From NCBI RefSeq assembly GCF_006345805.1, contig NC_043002.1, positions 115,196,001-115,260,000 on the forward strand: a stretch of DNA of 64,000 nucleotides, in the 5' to 3' direction. Source of the DNA: Octopus sinensis (Eukaryota). Shown in pieces: positions 38,011 to 50,964 of the stretch; the first letter of the stretch is position 1, and each line of letters starts with the position of its first letter. The translations under genes were made by a program, and so were the position numbers. Below the pieces are notes generated by a model. It made no database searches, had not been told where the DNA came from, and saw only the letters and a list, made by a program, of their open reading frames with translations.

Positions 38011-39059
38011 AGACCTTATCAGAAAGGATTATACCATCTACCATAGTATATAACTATGCTTGCTGTGTTTATGTTTAATATACGAAGAATAGTGGGGTCG
38101 GAGAAAACAGTGAAACAACAGGGTAAACTACTTGCATTATTTAGAGTCATGCTTTTAACGAGGTGATTGTAATGAAAACGCAAATTAATATCAAAATTAT
38201 TTAATCCTAATAACAGGAATAACTGGATTACGTTGAACAAGAGTAAATGATAGTGTATAATAAGAACAACGACAAAGAACATATTGCAGTTAAAGATAAC
38301 ACCAAACACCCGCTGCAGAAACAATACGCGAAATATTTATGTAGATACGATTGACTGCAAACGTATTATAATCTATCCACGTGATATCTTGTTCATCAAG
38401 TGTTATGGTGCAAAAAGTGTTCGGAGAATGTAGCTGTCTGAAAACGAAAAGATTTTTAATATAATAGTTCAAAACATGTTCTTGACAAAATAATTCGCAA
38501 ATAATTATCGCAATTATCACTTCTTTGCAGCAGCTGATAGAAGCTTGTAACAAAATAAAAAGTTTGGTTGGGGGAGCAAAATTAGTAACCGGGGTAAAAT
38601 GACTAATTTCCTATTTCTTGTTATTTTCTCCCTACTTGTTTGAAATAATTACATTGCATCATTATTTTATACTAGGGGTAAAAAAAAGCATATTTGTCGT
38701 TGAAGATGAGAGAGTTTGAAATACAGTTAGGAAGCTGGGATTTTTTTTTTCATGAAATTTTTCTCAACTTCGACCAGTTTGTAATTGAGGTTGATAATAA
38801 TATATCTGGATAATTTTTGGTGTTTAACAATCAATGTTCTTTTCTCTGTTGGATTCCAAGTCAATTTTTACCCAAACTAATATCTAATTTGATCATTTTC
38901 AATTTTCAAAAAATTAATGTCTAGAATGGAGTTAAATGAGTTGTGACTAATTTCAATAATCTCTTCTCTTTAACTGCATGGTGCGTAAATATGTCGTGAT
39001 GGGAGCCATCCAACAGATTGTGGAGAAGCTGTAAAGAATATTTTATATTGAGTTCTTTT

Positions 39060-39420
39060 TTTAAAATCGCTTTTCGTTAATTTCATATCCTTGTTATGAG
39101 TTTTGCCCGTGCCATCATCACCAAAGGCCTTCCGAATCTTCAGCATGGTATGAGCTTAAGTATCACCAAGCTTTCGGCGAAACTTGATGGAATATCTATG
39201 ATTGGTGCTTTCGGTCATCTTGTGTGAAAGCGGAAACCTGACGAGCGCACACTACCCGTTCGTATTCTAAACATAACAGCAAAGAAGAAAAGCGGCCTTC
39301 CAGTGTGGAAATGTTTGCACATGCGCAGGAAGAGTTGCATCCCCTTCTACTCAAAGTATTTTACCTACACGGGATTAGTTTTGGCGAGAAAAATTTATTT
39401 GAACATTTCACTCATCCTTT
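39060..39420 (-). mobile_element. Mariner 5' fragment
   Basis: Minus strand from the ATG at 39218: MTESTNHRYSIKFRRKLGDT*AHTMLKIRKAFGDD (cf. QRYCIKFCQKLGDT..IQQAFGDD). Confidence 0.75.
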
Positions 39421-41064
39421 AAACATTTTTGTATCTCGTTTTTTTTTAAGTATGAATAAATGGATTATTAAATAACTCTCACCCCTTTTATTCACTAAAT
39501 TTGTATCATGCTGAGAATCCCCCGATTCAATAATTTGTATCCCTTTCTTTAAAATAGGTGACAATTCTAGAAATCCTCATATTTAACATAGAGTTGGGAT
39601 TTCAGAAATTAAAATAATTTCAACGTTAACATCTGCACAACATAAGTATAGGTTTTGATCTCCGATCATCAACATGAAATGTCTTGTTCCTGGAGTCTAT
39701 ATAACATTATTTTAGACTCGAACGAGGAACTTTTATTTTTAAGCTACACTTTCAAGTATTTGAAATATAGTGACGATCGAGATCAAGCCGATAAAAAATA
39801 TAATATAGATATTATTAATAAAACATATTTCATGTATAAAGATTAGGCTAATAATCCCAAATATCTTATTAACTGAAAACTATGTTTAATACTGTAATTG
39901 CTTCTGGCATCATTTGTAATGGTATTAACAACTCCTCTCAGAAATATAGACATTTATTAGGTTTCACTTGTTTTCCTTCATATCACGTTTTTTTTTATTG
40001 CAAATTATATAAACACAAGAATTAATTAAATCACATCCCTTGTATGAAACCATAAATTATGGCTTTACTGTTAAATTTATCGGTACTGTTTACAATATAT
40101 GTTAAACCTTCACGAAAATCTCCGCTGTATGATTTATAATATCGTTGCGATGGTGGAACTTAATTTAATTTTACTTCATAAGCTGCGAAGTAGTTTTTAG
40201 AAGTAATGTCAAGTAAAAGATAAAAATATAACAGATGTATCTCATCACTTGTTCAAATCTTTTAGAAATTCTTTGTATTGGCAAAAGGAGCTATATTTAA
40301 TAGACCCCTTCTAAGCATTCATTATGCTGAAATGTTATAAGAATATGCACACTACTTTAGACTCATCTCAGGATAAAAATCTAAAATTAGTTGTTTCAAC
40401 CATGATAGAGCCACCCTGATCAAAAGTATTGTTATGGATTCATGTGCAAAACGTCTAATTACGATTTTATTGTTACTCATGAGAAATTACTTCCATGAAT
40501 TAACACACCAACAGTTATACCGGCGAGGAAGCACAGCTTATTGTGGGTAAAATAAAAAACTAAATATGTTACTTGGAAAATTAAATTCTGGTTGATTGGA
40601 AACGGTTCGGTAAATAATATTCTCTGAAGTTCTGAGAACACATTCCCTTATTGCTCTTGTGTGCCGTTTGTTTGAATTTTCTCGACTGTTCTCTTGTAGA
40701 AGTCGTCATCCGCATCATTCATACCATTACCCCATCATTAGGGTACATTAGCTGAGACGTTAGAGTACCGAAAAAATGTTTTAAGGTATTAGTTATGACC
40801 CTTTTCGTTTTGAGTTCGAATCCTACTGAGACTGATTTTTGCCTCTCAACACTTTGGAGTCGATAGAATAAAGTAAGTCAAACACTGAGGCCAATGGACT
40901 TAGTCTCAATTTAGGCTCAATTATAATTTGTTGTAGTAGCAGTGCTATTTGATTAAATGAATCCAACCGAAGGAAATGTTTTACAGCACTTGGGTCCCAT
41001 TAACTCGTCAATCCAAATACCGCAGTGTCGACTTTGACATTCCTCCTTCAGTGATAATTGACTT

Positions 41065-41275
41065 CAAGGCGACGTGCTGGCAAAAACGTTAGCACGCCGG
41101 GCGAAATACTTAGCGGTATTTCGTCTGTCTTTACGCTCTGAGTTCAAATTCCGCCGAGGTCGACTTTGCCTTTCATCCTCTAGGGGTCGATAAATTAAAT
41201 ACCAGTTAGGTACTGAGGTCGATCTAATCGACTGGCCCCCTCACAAAAATTTCGAGTCTTTGCCTAGGGTAGAAA
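41065..41275 (+). mobile_element. SINE family C
   Basis: Full head and core. Confidence 0.85.
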
Positions 41276-41725
41276 AAAAAGTATTAATTGACTTCATACA
41301 ATTTCAAATGCGTGGCCTTGCCCCCATATAACAATTATTGTTATTATCCGGTAAGAAATGCAATACTTACAAATGTTTGACTGTCTTTTCTATTCTGAGT
41401 TCAAATTGTCCGGGATTAATTTTGAACTCAGAACCGCGGAGATGCAAATAGAACTCAGAACCACGCAGTTACAAATCAAATTTCTTAAACTCCTAGTTGT
41501 CTGCATCCACCTATCTCCCACGGAAAGTAAGTTCCAATAGTACACTGGATTAGTCTCATCCCTCTATATCCTTCTTTTAAATATTTAGAAGTAAAAAAAA
41601 GAACATGTTGTTCCAGCTGCTCTGTAAAATGTTTTACGAAACTGAAGATATTTTTCATTTATCTTTACCGATAGATTTCCAATGAGAAACGGGTTTTACA
41701 AACACTGTAGATGTGTACACACGCA

Positions 41726-41757
<32 letters not shown>

Positions 41758-41779
41758 CACACACACACCACATAATATC

Positions 41780-41835
<56 letters not shown>

Positions 41836-42063
41836 TACTAACAATATAGGATGAAGTCCCTTTCTCTACAGAAAAGGATTCCAACAAAAAACGTGGCAGT
41901 ATATTAAAAAAACCTTTACGGTTGAAGTATAAACATCTTATAATTAAGGGCTAAAGGTTATTCTAAAGCCAATACACTGATTTATCCACTTATAATCCAC
42001 TTGTTACAGGAAAATTGAACTGAAAGCGGGCAACTAACCTTTAGAAAATTTAAATTTCGTTAT

Positions 42064-42124
42064 CTCTATATTGAATCAATTTCGGAATTAATCCCCATAA
42101 AGAATGCATTCTTCTTCAGTAGAG
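42064..42124 (-). ncRNA. Type I hammerhead ribozyme candidate (left arm)
   Basis: Reverse complement: CTCTA CTGAAGA AGAAT..ATTCC GAAA TTGATTCAA TA TAGAG. Confidence 0.65.
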
Positions 42125-42464
42125 CTTACGAGGGGATATAAATAAAATACTCACACGTGATCATGGAAAAAGCAGAAGCTAAAAACACAACCACATTTAA
42201 GTACATCATTTATATCTAAACAACGTGTCTGTAAGTTGCCGGGCCATTTTGTCATGCTTTGCTTCAGATCAAAACTATATTTCTCTCTTTTACATAATTG
42301 TAACCATTACAATATGTAGCGGCGATAGGTCAACACGTTGTTCTGAGACTGACCAAGGAATTTTTATTTTTAGATACAAATGATGTACTTAAATGTAGTT
42401 GTGTTTTTAGCTTCTGCTTTTTCCATGATCACATGTGAGTATCTTATTTATATTCCCTCGTAAG

Positions 42465-42525
42465 CTCTACTGAAGAAGAATGTATCCTTTATAGGGATTA
42501 ATTCCGAAATTGATTCAATATAGAG
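42465..42525 (+). ncRNA. Type I hammerhead ribozyme candidate (right arm)
   Basis: Stem I CTCTA/TAGAG, core CTGAAGA, extended stem II (A.C then GAAT/ATTC, inner ATCCT/GGGAT), GAAA, stem III ATTG/CAAT, AUA triplet. Confidence 0.65.
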
Positions 42526-42653
42526 ATAACGAAATTTAAATTTTCTAAAGGTTAGTTGCTTGCTTTCAGTTCAATTTTCCTGTAACAAGTGGATTATAAG
42601 TGGATAAATCAGTGTATTGGCTTTAGAATAACCTTCTTTAGCCCTTAATTATA

Positions 42654-42687
<34 letters not shown>

Positions 42688-43489
42688 TGAAATAACGATT
42701 AATTAGTAATTCACTAATTCTCTATATTACATATGCGAGGCGATATCGTATGTGTATCTACTTTGTAGAAAATGACTGAGTTTTACACCTAAAACTTCAG
42801 GATTTAAAAGCGGCATTGGGAACGTTCATACATAAGCGAATCAATGATAATGACGAATATGTGTATCTATTCCATGTGCCTTCTGTAAAAAAGAAAATAT
42901 AATTAACGAATTCCATTCTGATTGATCTCAAATCTCTATAATCGGCAAGAGATTACATGCCTGTTAGCGAGGTTCCTCGTTGACTGTGATATTATCCCAA
43001 TAACATCAGTTAAATCAAAACGTAACAGGAAAATATAATAGGTGACACTATTTAGCTCGGAACACACACATACACACACGTTTGTGCAAACAGGCATGTT
43101 CGGGACATATTGAAATGTGTGTGTGTATTTGTTTCGAACTCATACAAATCTCATATCTCATGATCTCATACTTGAGATCATATATGACTGAAATATACAT
43201 ATGGCTTTCATCATATATGTTAAAATGTGATTTACAGGACAAACATAACAATCGAATGTTCTATTGATGACGAACAAAACCAGGCGAAAAGCAGTTTCCA
43301 GTAATGCTTCTAACACTATACAGTACTTTTCAATTGAATTTCTATGCACAAAATTATCCTGCAATATTATGTAAAAAAGAGAAATCTAGTTTTGATCTGA
43401 AGCAAAGCATGACAAAATGGCCCGGCAACTTACAGACACGTTGTTAAGTTAAATTCTAGTTGTTAACCTGTAAATTTAATCGTTTATTT

Positions 43490-44870
43490 TTTATTTCAAA
43501 TTTTGGTACAAGGCCAGAAAGTTTAGTGGGGGGTAAGTCGATTATATCGACCACAGTGTTTAACTGGTACTTATTTTATTGACCCAGAATGGATGAAAGG
43601 CAAAGACAACCTCGTCAGAATTTGAACTCAAAGCATAAAGACAGGCGAAATACCTATTTCTTTACTACCCACAAGGGGCTAAACACAGAGGGAACAAACA
43701 AGAACAGACAAACTGATTAAGTCGATTACATCGACCCTAGTGCGTAGCTGGTACTTAATTTATCGAACCCGAAACGATGAAGGGCAAAGTCGACCTCGGC
43801 GGAATTTGAACTCACAACGTAACGGCAGACCAAATACCTATTTCTTTACTACCCACAAGGGGCTAAACACAGAGAGGACAAACAAGGACAGACGAACAGA
43901 TTAAGTCGATTATATCAACTCCAGTGCGTAACTGGTACTTATATATTCGACACCGAAAAAATGAAAGGCAAAGTCGGCCTCAGCGGAATTTGAACTCAGA
44001 ACGTAGCGGCAGACGAAATACTGCTAAGCATTTCGCCCGGCATGCTAACGTTTCTGCCAGCTAGCCGCCTTTAATCGTTTATTATAAATACCCGTGGCAG
44101 AAACGTTAGCACGCCGGGCGAAATGCGTAGCCGTATTTCGTCTGCTGTTACGTTCTGAGTTCAAATTCCGCCAAGGTTGACTTTGCCTTTCATCCTTTCG
44201 GGGTCGATAAATTAAGTACCAGTTACGCACTGGGGTTGATGTAATAGACTTTATCCGTTTGTCTGTCCTCATTTGTCCTCTCTGTGTTTAGCCCCTTGTG
44301 GGTAGTAAAGAAATAGGTATTTCGTCCGTCTTTACGTTCTGAGTTCAAAATCTGCCGAGGTCGACTTTGCTTCTCATCCTTTCGGGGTTGCGTACTGGAG
44401 TCGATCTAATTGACTGGCCCCCTCCCTATAAAAATTTTAGGCCTTCTACTGAGAGTAGAAAAGATTATTTTAAGGCGGCGAGCTGGCAGAAACGTTAGCG
44501 CACCGGGCGAAATGCTTAGCAGTATTTGATCTGCCGTTACGTTCTGAGTTCAAATTCCGCCGTGGTCGACTTTGCCTTTCATCCTTTGGGGGTCGATAAA
44601 TTAAGTACCATTTACGCACTGGGGTCGATATAATCGACTTAATCCGTTTGCCTGTCCTTGCTTGTCCCTTCCATGTTTAGCCCCTTGTGGGCAATAAAGA
44701 AATAAGAAACGTTAGCACGCCGGGCGAAATGCTTAGCAGTATTTCGTCTATCTTTATGCTCTGAGTTCAAATTCCGCCGATAAAATAAGTACCAATTGAA
44801 AACTGGGGGTCGATATAATAAACTACTTTGAAATATCTGGCCTTTTGCCAAACTTTGAAACTATTATTAA
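43490..44870. mobile_element. Cluster of family C SINEs, minus copies (43490-44070) facing plus copies (44095-44870)
   Basis: Repeated head/core sequences in both orientations. Confidence 0.85.
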
Positions 44871-45169
44871 TCTTTGGGTTTTACTTAAATGAATCAACAA
44901 CGTCGCACACTCTTACATTGTCTTTTTCATTAAAGCCTACTATTGTAATAGTACACAATAACGAGATTCAATAGTAACTACTCTCCTCTCTCCCCCTACC
45001 AGTGAGCTCTTGCTTTGCAGGTATTTGGTGAAAGCAATATTGTTACTGTCGACCATATGGGGCATGCGAACCTCCTATAGAAACTTCCTGACTCGGAGCT
45101 CCAACGATCTCTCACCTCTTGGATCAGTAGGTTATAATTAGATAGCATTACGGCAACGTATCGAGGGAG

Positions 45170-45470
45170 ATCTTTCTGACCCGCCTACTTTGAACACCTA
45201 CCACAAAACAGACGTCACATGCCACCACCTACGCTGACTCCACGAAAAGAGTAATCAAATTACTCCCAATGAAGATATTTCAATCTTGTCTCTTTCAACA
45301 GCAAGGAAATTCATACCGCTATTCATATAAAAAATTATAGTGCCATACCTCCCACCTTAACTCGTGAGCAACACTGAGCTAGAGACCGGAAAATCGCTCC
45401 AGTTGTTGAGTTTCGATATCATCGAGGATCCATCCTGCCTGACGAAAGAACATCCTTAACATAGCCAGGA
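45170..45470 (+). pseudogene. Highly degenerate LINE reverse transcriptase fragment
   Basis: GDLSDPPTLNTY (cf. GSILSPTLFNIY), TYADSTK (cf. YADDT) and VVEFRYHRGSIL (cf. FKYLGSI). Confidence 0.4.
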
Positions 45471-45949
45471 CTGCATTCCAATGACTGGTCCTTTCTTCAG
45501 GTCTAAAAGATATTTCAGCTCTCAATACTTATGGGTTTCAAATTTTGTTACAACCCAACAACTTCGTGAAAGTGGGTAAGTCAACTCATCGACCCCGAAA
45601 AGCAGAGTTCACATCGGCGGAATTTGAACTCAGAGCGTAAGGACAGACGAAATGCCGCTAAACATTTGGCCCGGCATGCCAATGATCCTACCAACAGCTC
45701 CCAATAATTATAGGTTTCAAATTTTAGGCACAAGGCCAGAAATTCTGAGAAAGCAAGTAAGTCAATTACGTCAACCCCAGTGCTGAACTGGTACTTAATT
45801 TATCGTACCCCGAAAGAATGAAAGGCAAAGTCTGCCTCAGCGGAATTTGAACTCAGAAAGTAAAGACAGACGAAATGCTGCTAAACATTCTGCCCGGCGT
45901 GCTAACGATTCTGCCAACTCACGGCCTTATCAGCTTCCAATAAATATCA

Positions 45950-46130
45950 AACTCTACAATGTGCAGGTGAGACCGACAATGGAATATTGCTCTCACATCT
46001 AGAACGGTGATGCTTTACCCACAAATATTGTAGAGTGTACCCGGAAAAGTGTTATCAGACTGAGTTGCTAAATATCGTTGGGGCACAGACACCAACCTCT
46101 CGCCTCAAAGATGTCCTGACTCCTCGTTCT
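45950..46130 (+). pseudogene. LINE (L2/CR1/Jockey group) post-RT fragment
   Basis: LYNVQVRPTMEYCSHI*NG (cf. LYKAQVRPxMEYCSHIW). Confidence 0.6.
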
Positions 46131-46372
46131 GTCTTATATACCGCTGGTACAATAGCCTTTACTAAAGCGATGAGCTGGCAGAATCGTTATCACGCAGGGC
46201 AAAATGCTTAGCAGCATTTCATCCGTCTTTACGCTTTGAGTTCAAACCTTCTATCCTTTAGGGCTCCATAAAATAAGTACCAGTCGACTCTTGGTGTCGA
46301 TATAATCGACTTACTCCTCACCGGAAATTGCTGGCTTTGTGTCAAAATTTGAAACAAATATAATAGCCTTTA

Positions 46373-46472
46373 NNNNNNNNNNNNNNNNNNNNNNNNNNNN
46401 NNNNNNNNNNNNNNNNNNNNNNNNNNNNNNNNNNNNNNNNNNNNNNNNNNNNNNNNNNNNNNNNNNNNNNNN
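46373..46472. other. Assembly gap (100 N)
   Basis: Direct reading. Confidence 1.
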
Positions 46473-47286
46473 ATCATTCATGACCATTTGCATATGCAAA
46501 AGGTGTCTGTCAGATGGATTCCCAGGTTGCTCACGCCTTTCCAGAAGCAAGAACGCGTCGAGTGCTCGAGGGTGAATTTGGAGATGTGCCAAGAAGATGA
46601 GTCAAAATTTTTTAAAAGACTGATTACACAGGATGAAACCTGGGTCCATCACGATGATCCAGAGACCAAAGCCCAGTCAATGCAGTGGAAGCACTGTGAC
46701 TCACCTCCTCCAAAGAAGGCAAGGGTGCAGCCCTCCGCTGGCAAGGTCATGCTCACAGTCATCTGGGACCAGGACGGAGTAGTGATGACAGATTTCCTGG
46801 CAAAGGGTACCACAATTGCAGGAGCCTATTATGCTTCACTTTTGAGGAAATTAAGAGAAGCTATCAAAATCAAGAGGCGGGGCAAGATCAGAAAAGGCAT
46901 CCTCCTCCTGCAGGACAACGCTCCGGTCCACAACTCGCTTGTCGCCAGATCAGAAGCACAGGCGTATGGCTATGAACTCCTCCCCCATCCCCCCTACTTT
47001 CCTGACCTTGCACCCTCTGATTTTCACCTCTTCCCAGTCATGAAGTTGTTTTTGAAAGGAAAGCGTGTCCCAGATGATGCAGCCTTGATTTCTGAAGTCG
47101 CGTTCAGGTTGGAGGACCAAGCTAGGGTCTTCTACAAAAACGGTCTCCAGAGCTGCATCAAACAATGGGAGAAATGCGTAACTCTGGGTGGCTGCTATGT
47201 AGAAAAAGACTTATATCTGTGCCAAGTTTCGTTGCTCTACTGCTATGGGAAGTGGGTCAGGGGCATTACTTATTGAACGCCCCTCG

Positions 47287-47288
<2 letters not shown>
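46473..47288 (+). mobile_element. Mariner (DD34D) transposon, 3' part; 5' end hidden in the gap
   Basis: Open frame with RWIPRLLT, TQDETWVHH, GKVMLTVIWD, QDNAP and PYFPDLAPSDFHLF (D34D counted). TIR ..ttattgaacgcccctcg|TA. Confidence 0.92.
46488..47276 (+). CDS. Mariner transposase catalytic domain (partial, 262 aa open frame)
   Basis: ORF track. The DDD triad is present; the C-terminal extension past EKD suggests a lost stop. Confidence 0.7.
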   Translation: MHMQKVSVRWIPRLLTPFQKQERVECSRVNLEMCQEDESKFFKRLITQDETWVHHDDPETKAQSMQWKHCDSPPPKKARVQPSAGKVMLTVIWDQDGVVMTDFLAKGTTIAGAYYASLLRKLREAIKIKRRGKIRKGILLLQDNAPVHNSLVARSEAQAYGYELLPHPPYFPDLAPSDFHLFPVMKLFLKGKRVPDDAALISEVAFRLEDQARVFYKNGLQSCIKQWEKCVTLGGCYVEKDLYLCQVSLLYCYGKWVRGITY

Positions 47289-47339
<51 letters not shown>

Positions 47340-47989
47340 CATGTATGTAGGTAAATGGATATGAATGTAAACAGATAGACATACAGATGGATAGGTACAC
47401 AGGTAATATGAACAGACAAGCATGCATACACTTACACATACACAAATGAAGACGGAAACACGTGACCATATAGACACACATTTCACTTTACACAAGGACA
47501 CATATGGAGACACACATCCATACATCTATACATACAGACATAGTACAGAGATACAAAAAATCCCATACACACACACACACACAGACATGAACTCACACAC
47601 AGACAGAAATACACACACACACACACATGAATATGCAGAATACATACATGCAAACTTACACACATACATATATAATACGCACATACGCACACATACACAT
47701 ACATACATGTATACACATACATGCATGCACACATACATATATACATACATATATACATACATACATACATACATACATGTGTATGCGCGCGCACACTGAT
47801 CCACACACATGCGCACAAACAAAAAAACGCTGCTCGGATAACGGACAGAGTCAACGACTATTGAAAAGGTTGCAAGACGCAACGAAAATTTTAGGACAAT
47901 AAATAAATGAGTGGAAACTTTACCGGTGAGTGTGTTAAATAATAAGGCGCCAAAAGAGAATAACTCTCCCCAGACACAACAAACTAATA

Positions 47990-48024
<35 letters not shown>

Positions 48025-48251
48025 GTCTCAAATTTTGCCACAAGGGCAGCCATTTGGGGGGAGGGGATGAGTCGATTACATCGATCCCAGTGTCCAACTG
48101 GTACTAGTTTTATCGACTTCGAAGGATAAAAGGCTAAGTCGACATCGTCGGAATTTGAGTTCAGAACGTAAAAACGGGCAAAATACTGCTAAGCGTTTTA
48201 CTCGGCGTGGAAGCGATTCTACCAGCTCACTGCCTTTTCTCAACGATGATG

Positions 48252-48302
<51 letters not shown>

Positions 48303-48313
48303 GTAATAATAAA

Positions 48314-48383
<70 letters not shown>

Positions 48384-49756
48384 CAATAATAATTAATAAT
48401 CCTTTATTGCCGTATCTGATATCATCACAAAGTTGTTGGGATTTTATTTTTGCGTCATGTAAACATTATAGTATTGCAAACAATGAAATGGATATTGTGA
48501 CGTCTATGGTTTACTTAGTAAATTTGCTTACGTTGTTAAAACGGGTCAAAGAATTCATTAACTTCGGACTTATAAAGTTTGCCTAAAAGTAACTCGGCAG
48601 TAACACGCCTAATTCATTTTGTGTGTAAACATATTTAAATTTTAAGAGTTGTCTTTATTTCTAGCTTCAAACAAAACATATTCCTTGATTCGTTACCAGT
48701 ATTTATCAAAAGTGTGTGACATCTTTTCCGATAAACTTTGGGCATATTTATTCTAGAAAGGTTTCCACGTCTTTCTTGTTTTCATTTCGCTGGTTATTAG
48801 TACGTACATTCCAAATATTTCTTTTCAAATAAAGCAGGCTATGTTTACATTAGGTTTAGATCCAAGATATTCTTATGGTGAAAGTAATGGGAAGATAATT
48901 ACCCGTAAGAAAATTATTATGGTCATTAGATTGGCCTCATACTCCGAAAACTCTCAGTCGACTATTATTGTTGACTTAAAAGCTTTTGGCGTGACTGTAG
49001 ATATATTCACATATCCTTAATAGATATGGATGGCCACTGAGTGTTGGAAAATAATGAGCAAATAAGTTAAAATGATAACAATAACACTGACTAGAATCAG
49101 AATACATTCTTTCTTATAGCTAAGTATGTTGATTTTAATAATCATTTTTCATTTTAGAACAAAGTCAAAACTTTAGGGAAGATTGTAGTCAGTAAAATTC
49201 GACGCCAACATTTTAGGTGATACTTAGCTTTTCGTCCCTCCACTATGGACAAAGTAAGTTAAACCATACAAGATTGAAACACAAATGAAAAAGTGCCTGA
49301 ATCGTGTCTCGCATTCACAGAAATTAGTAAACAAAATCTTAGCAGAAACTCGTCGTATATTCGTATGTGTGCATATCTTTCACCGATATATATCAATGAA
49401 AGATGTAAAACATCGACAAGAAAATAGAGCTTCTAAACCGAATGATGATTATCTCCAGATGACTAATACGGGTCCTACTACTGGCAGAAATATAGGGATT
49501 TAATGACTGATACTATGAAAGTATGTAGCCAAAGGCGCTGTTATTTGCCGATTTCGACATATATATAACTCTCCACACACACACACACACACATACACAC
49601 ACACACGCACACACACACAAAACACAAACACGCATATATCTGTGTGTATGTGTATATATATATATATATGTATATACATGCACGCGCGTGCACGCACGCA
49701 CACGCACACACACAAACACACAGAGATATGCGCATGTATTTGTATGTATCTTCGTG

Positions 49757-50361
49757 TACGAGGCCCAATCAAAAAGACTCAGAATTGTTGATGAAAAAAG
49801 AAAACTACACCACATTTAAACCCTTCGAATCAGTCCCTTTCTGAAGCTATACACTTTATTCAGCGTCGTTTTCATTGACACAAGTATTTCTGGAGCTCAT
49901 TTTTGGGGTGATGGTCAGCAGCTGCTTCGTTGTATTCTCTTGGATTCCCTCAACGGCTTCAAACAGTTTCCTTTTCAAGTGAGATTTGATTTTTGGAAAT
50001 GATTTTAGCTGCAATAACCTTCAAACAATTGTCTTCTTCCACGCACAAGCGCACTCACACAATCACACGCACACACACACACACAGACACACACACACTC
50101 ACACACACACGCGCGCGCACGCACTCATTTCCTCAGCCTTGGTCACTGCTGAAACTTCTGTGGTGTGATGAGACCACCACACTCGAGATGTTTTACTTCT
50201 AAGCATTGCTTCAAACAACGGAAATGAGTGAGAAGGTAGAACATAGTGCGCATGCACAACAGAGTTCAAGTTTAAGCTATGCCAAGAGGTTTCGGTCTGT
50301 GTACTTTACGTACTTTGGCTCTGTTACCATCAACAGTCCCTATACTTTTTGATGAGATGCC

Positions 50362-50364
<3 letters not shown>
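49757..50364 (-). mobile_element. Internally deleted mariner (MITE-like) with (CA)n inside
   Basis: Imperfect TIRs tacgaggcccaatcaaaaag / tacggcatctcatcaaaaag. Minus-strand FPKIKSHLKRKLFEAVEGIQENTTKQLL is a mariner C-terminus. Confidence 0.7.
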
Positions 50365-50395
<31 letters not shown>

Positions 50396-50397
<2 letters not shown>

Positions 50398-50560
50398 GAG
50401 TGGCTGTGTGGTAAGTAGCTTGCTAACCAACCACATGGTTCCGGGTTCAGTCCCACTGCGTGGCAACTTGGGCAAGTGCCTTCTGCCATAGCCCCGGGCC
50501 GACCAATGCCCAATGCTTTGTGAGTGGATTTGGTAGACGGAAACTGAAAGAAGCCTGTCG

Positions 50561-50599
<39 letters not shown>

Positions 50600-50812
50600 G
50601 TGTGTGTGTTTGTGTGTCTGTGTTTGTCCCCCTAGCATTGCTTGACAACCGATGCTGGTGTATTTACGTCCCCGTCACTTAGCGGTTCGGCAAAAGAGAC
50701 CGATAGAATAAGTACTGAGCTTACAAAGAATAAGTCCCGGGGTCGATTTGCTCGACTAAAGGCGGTGCTCCAGCATGGCCGCAGTCAAATGACTGAAACA
50801 ATTAAAAGAGTA
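50396..50812 (+). mobile_element. SINE family A
   Basis: Near-consensus full-length copy. Confidence 0.9.
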
Positions 50813-50928
50813 AAAGAGTATATATATATATATATATATAGTTCAAATTTATGGAAAACAGAAGACGGCGACAGGCGAAGGAACAAAGACAGGTGCATTA
50901 GTTTAGCGCTCGAGAAGAATTGAAAAGT

Positions 50929-50964
50929 CTTTGACGTTTCGAGCCTACGCTCTTCGACAGAAAG
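50929..50964 (-). ncRNA. Minimal hammerhead-like variant in a pLTR fragment (50840-51010)
   Basis: Reverse complement: cttt CTGTCGA A GAGC gtag GCTC GAAA CG TC aaag. A6>U deviation in the core. Confidence 0.45.

Larger units (their letters stand above)
41935..42656. repeat. Long inverted repeat (~285-bp arms, ~148-bp spacer), pLTR-like
   Basis: 41935-42219 is the near-perfect reverse complement of 42368-42656; the right arm ends at (TA)n. Confidence 0.9.
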
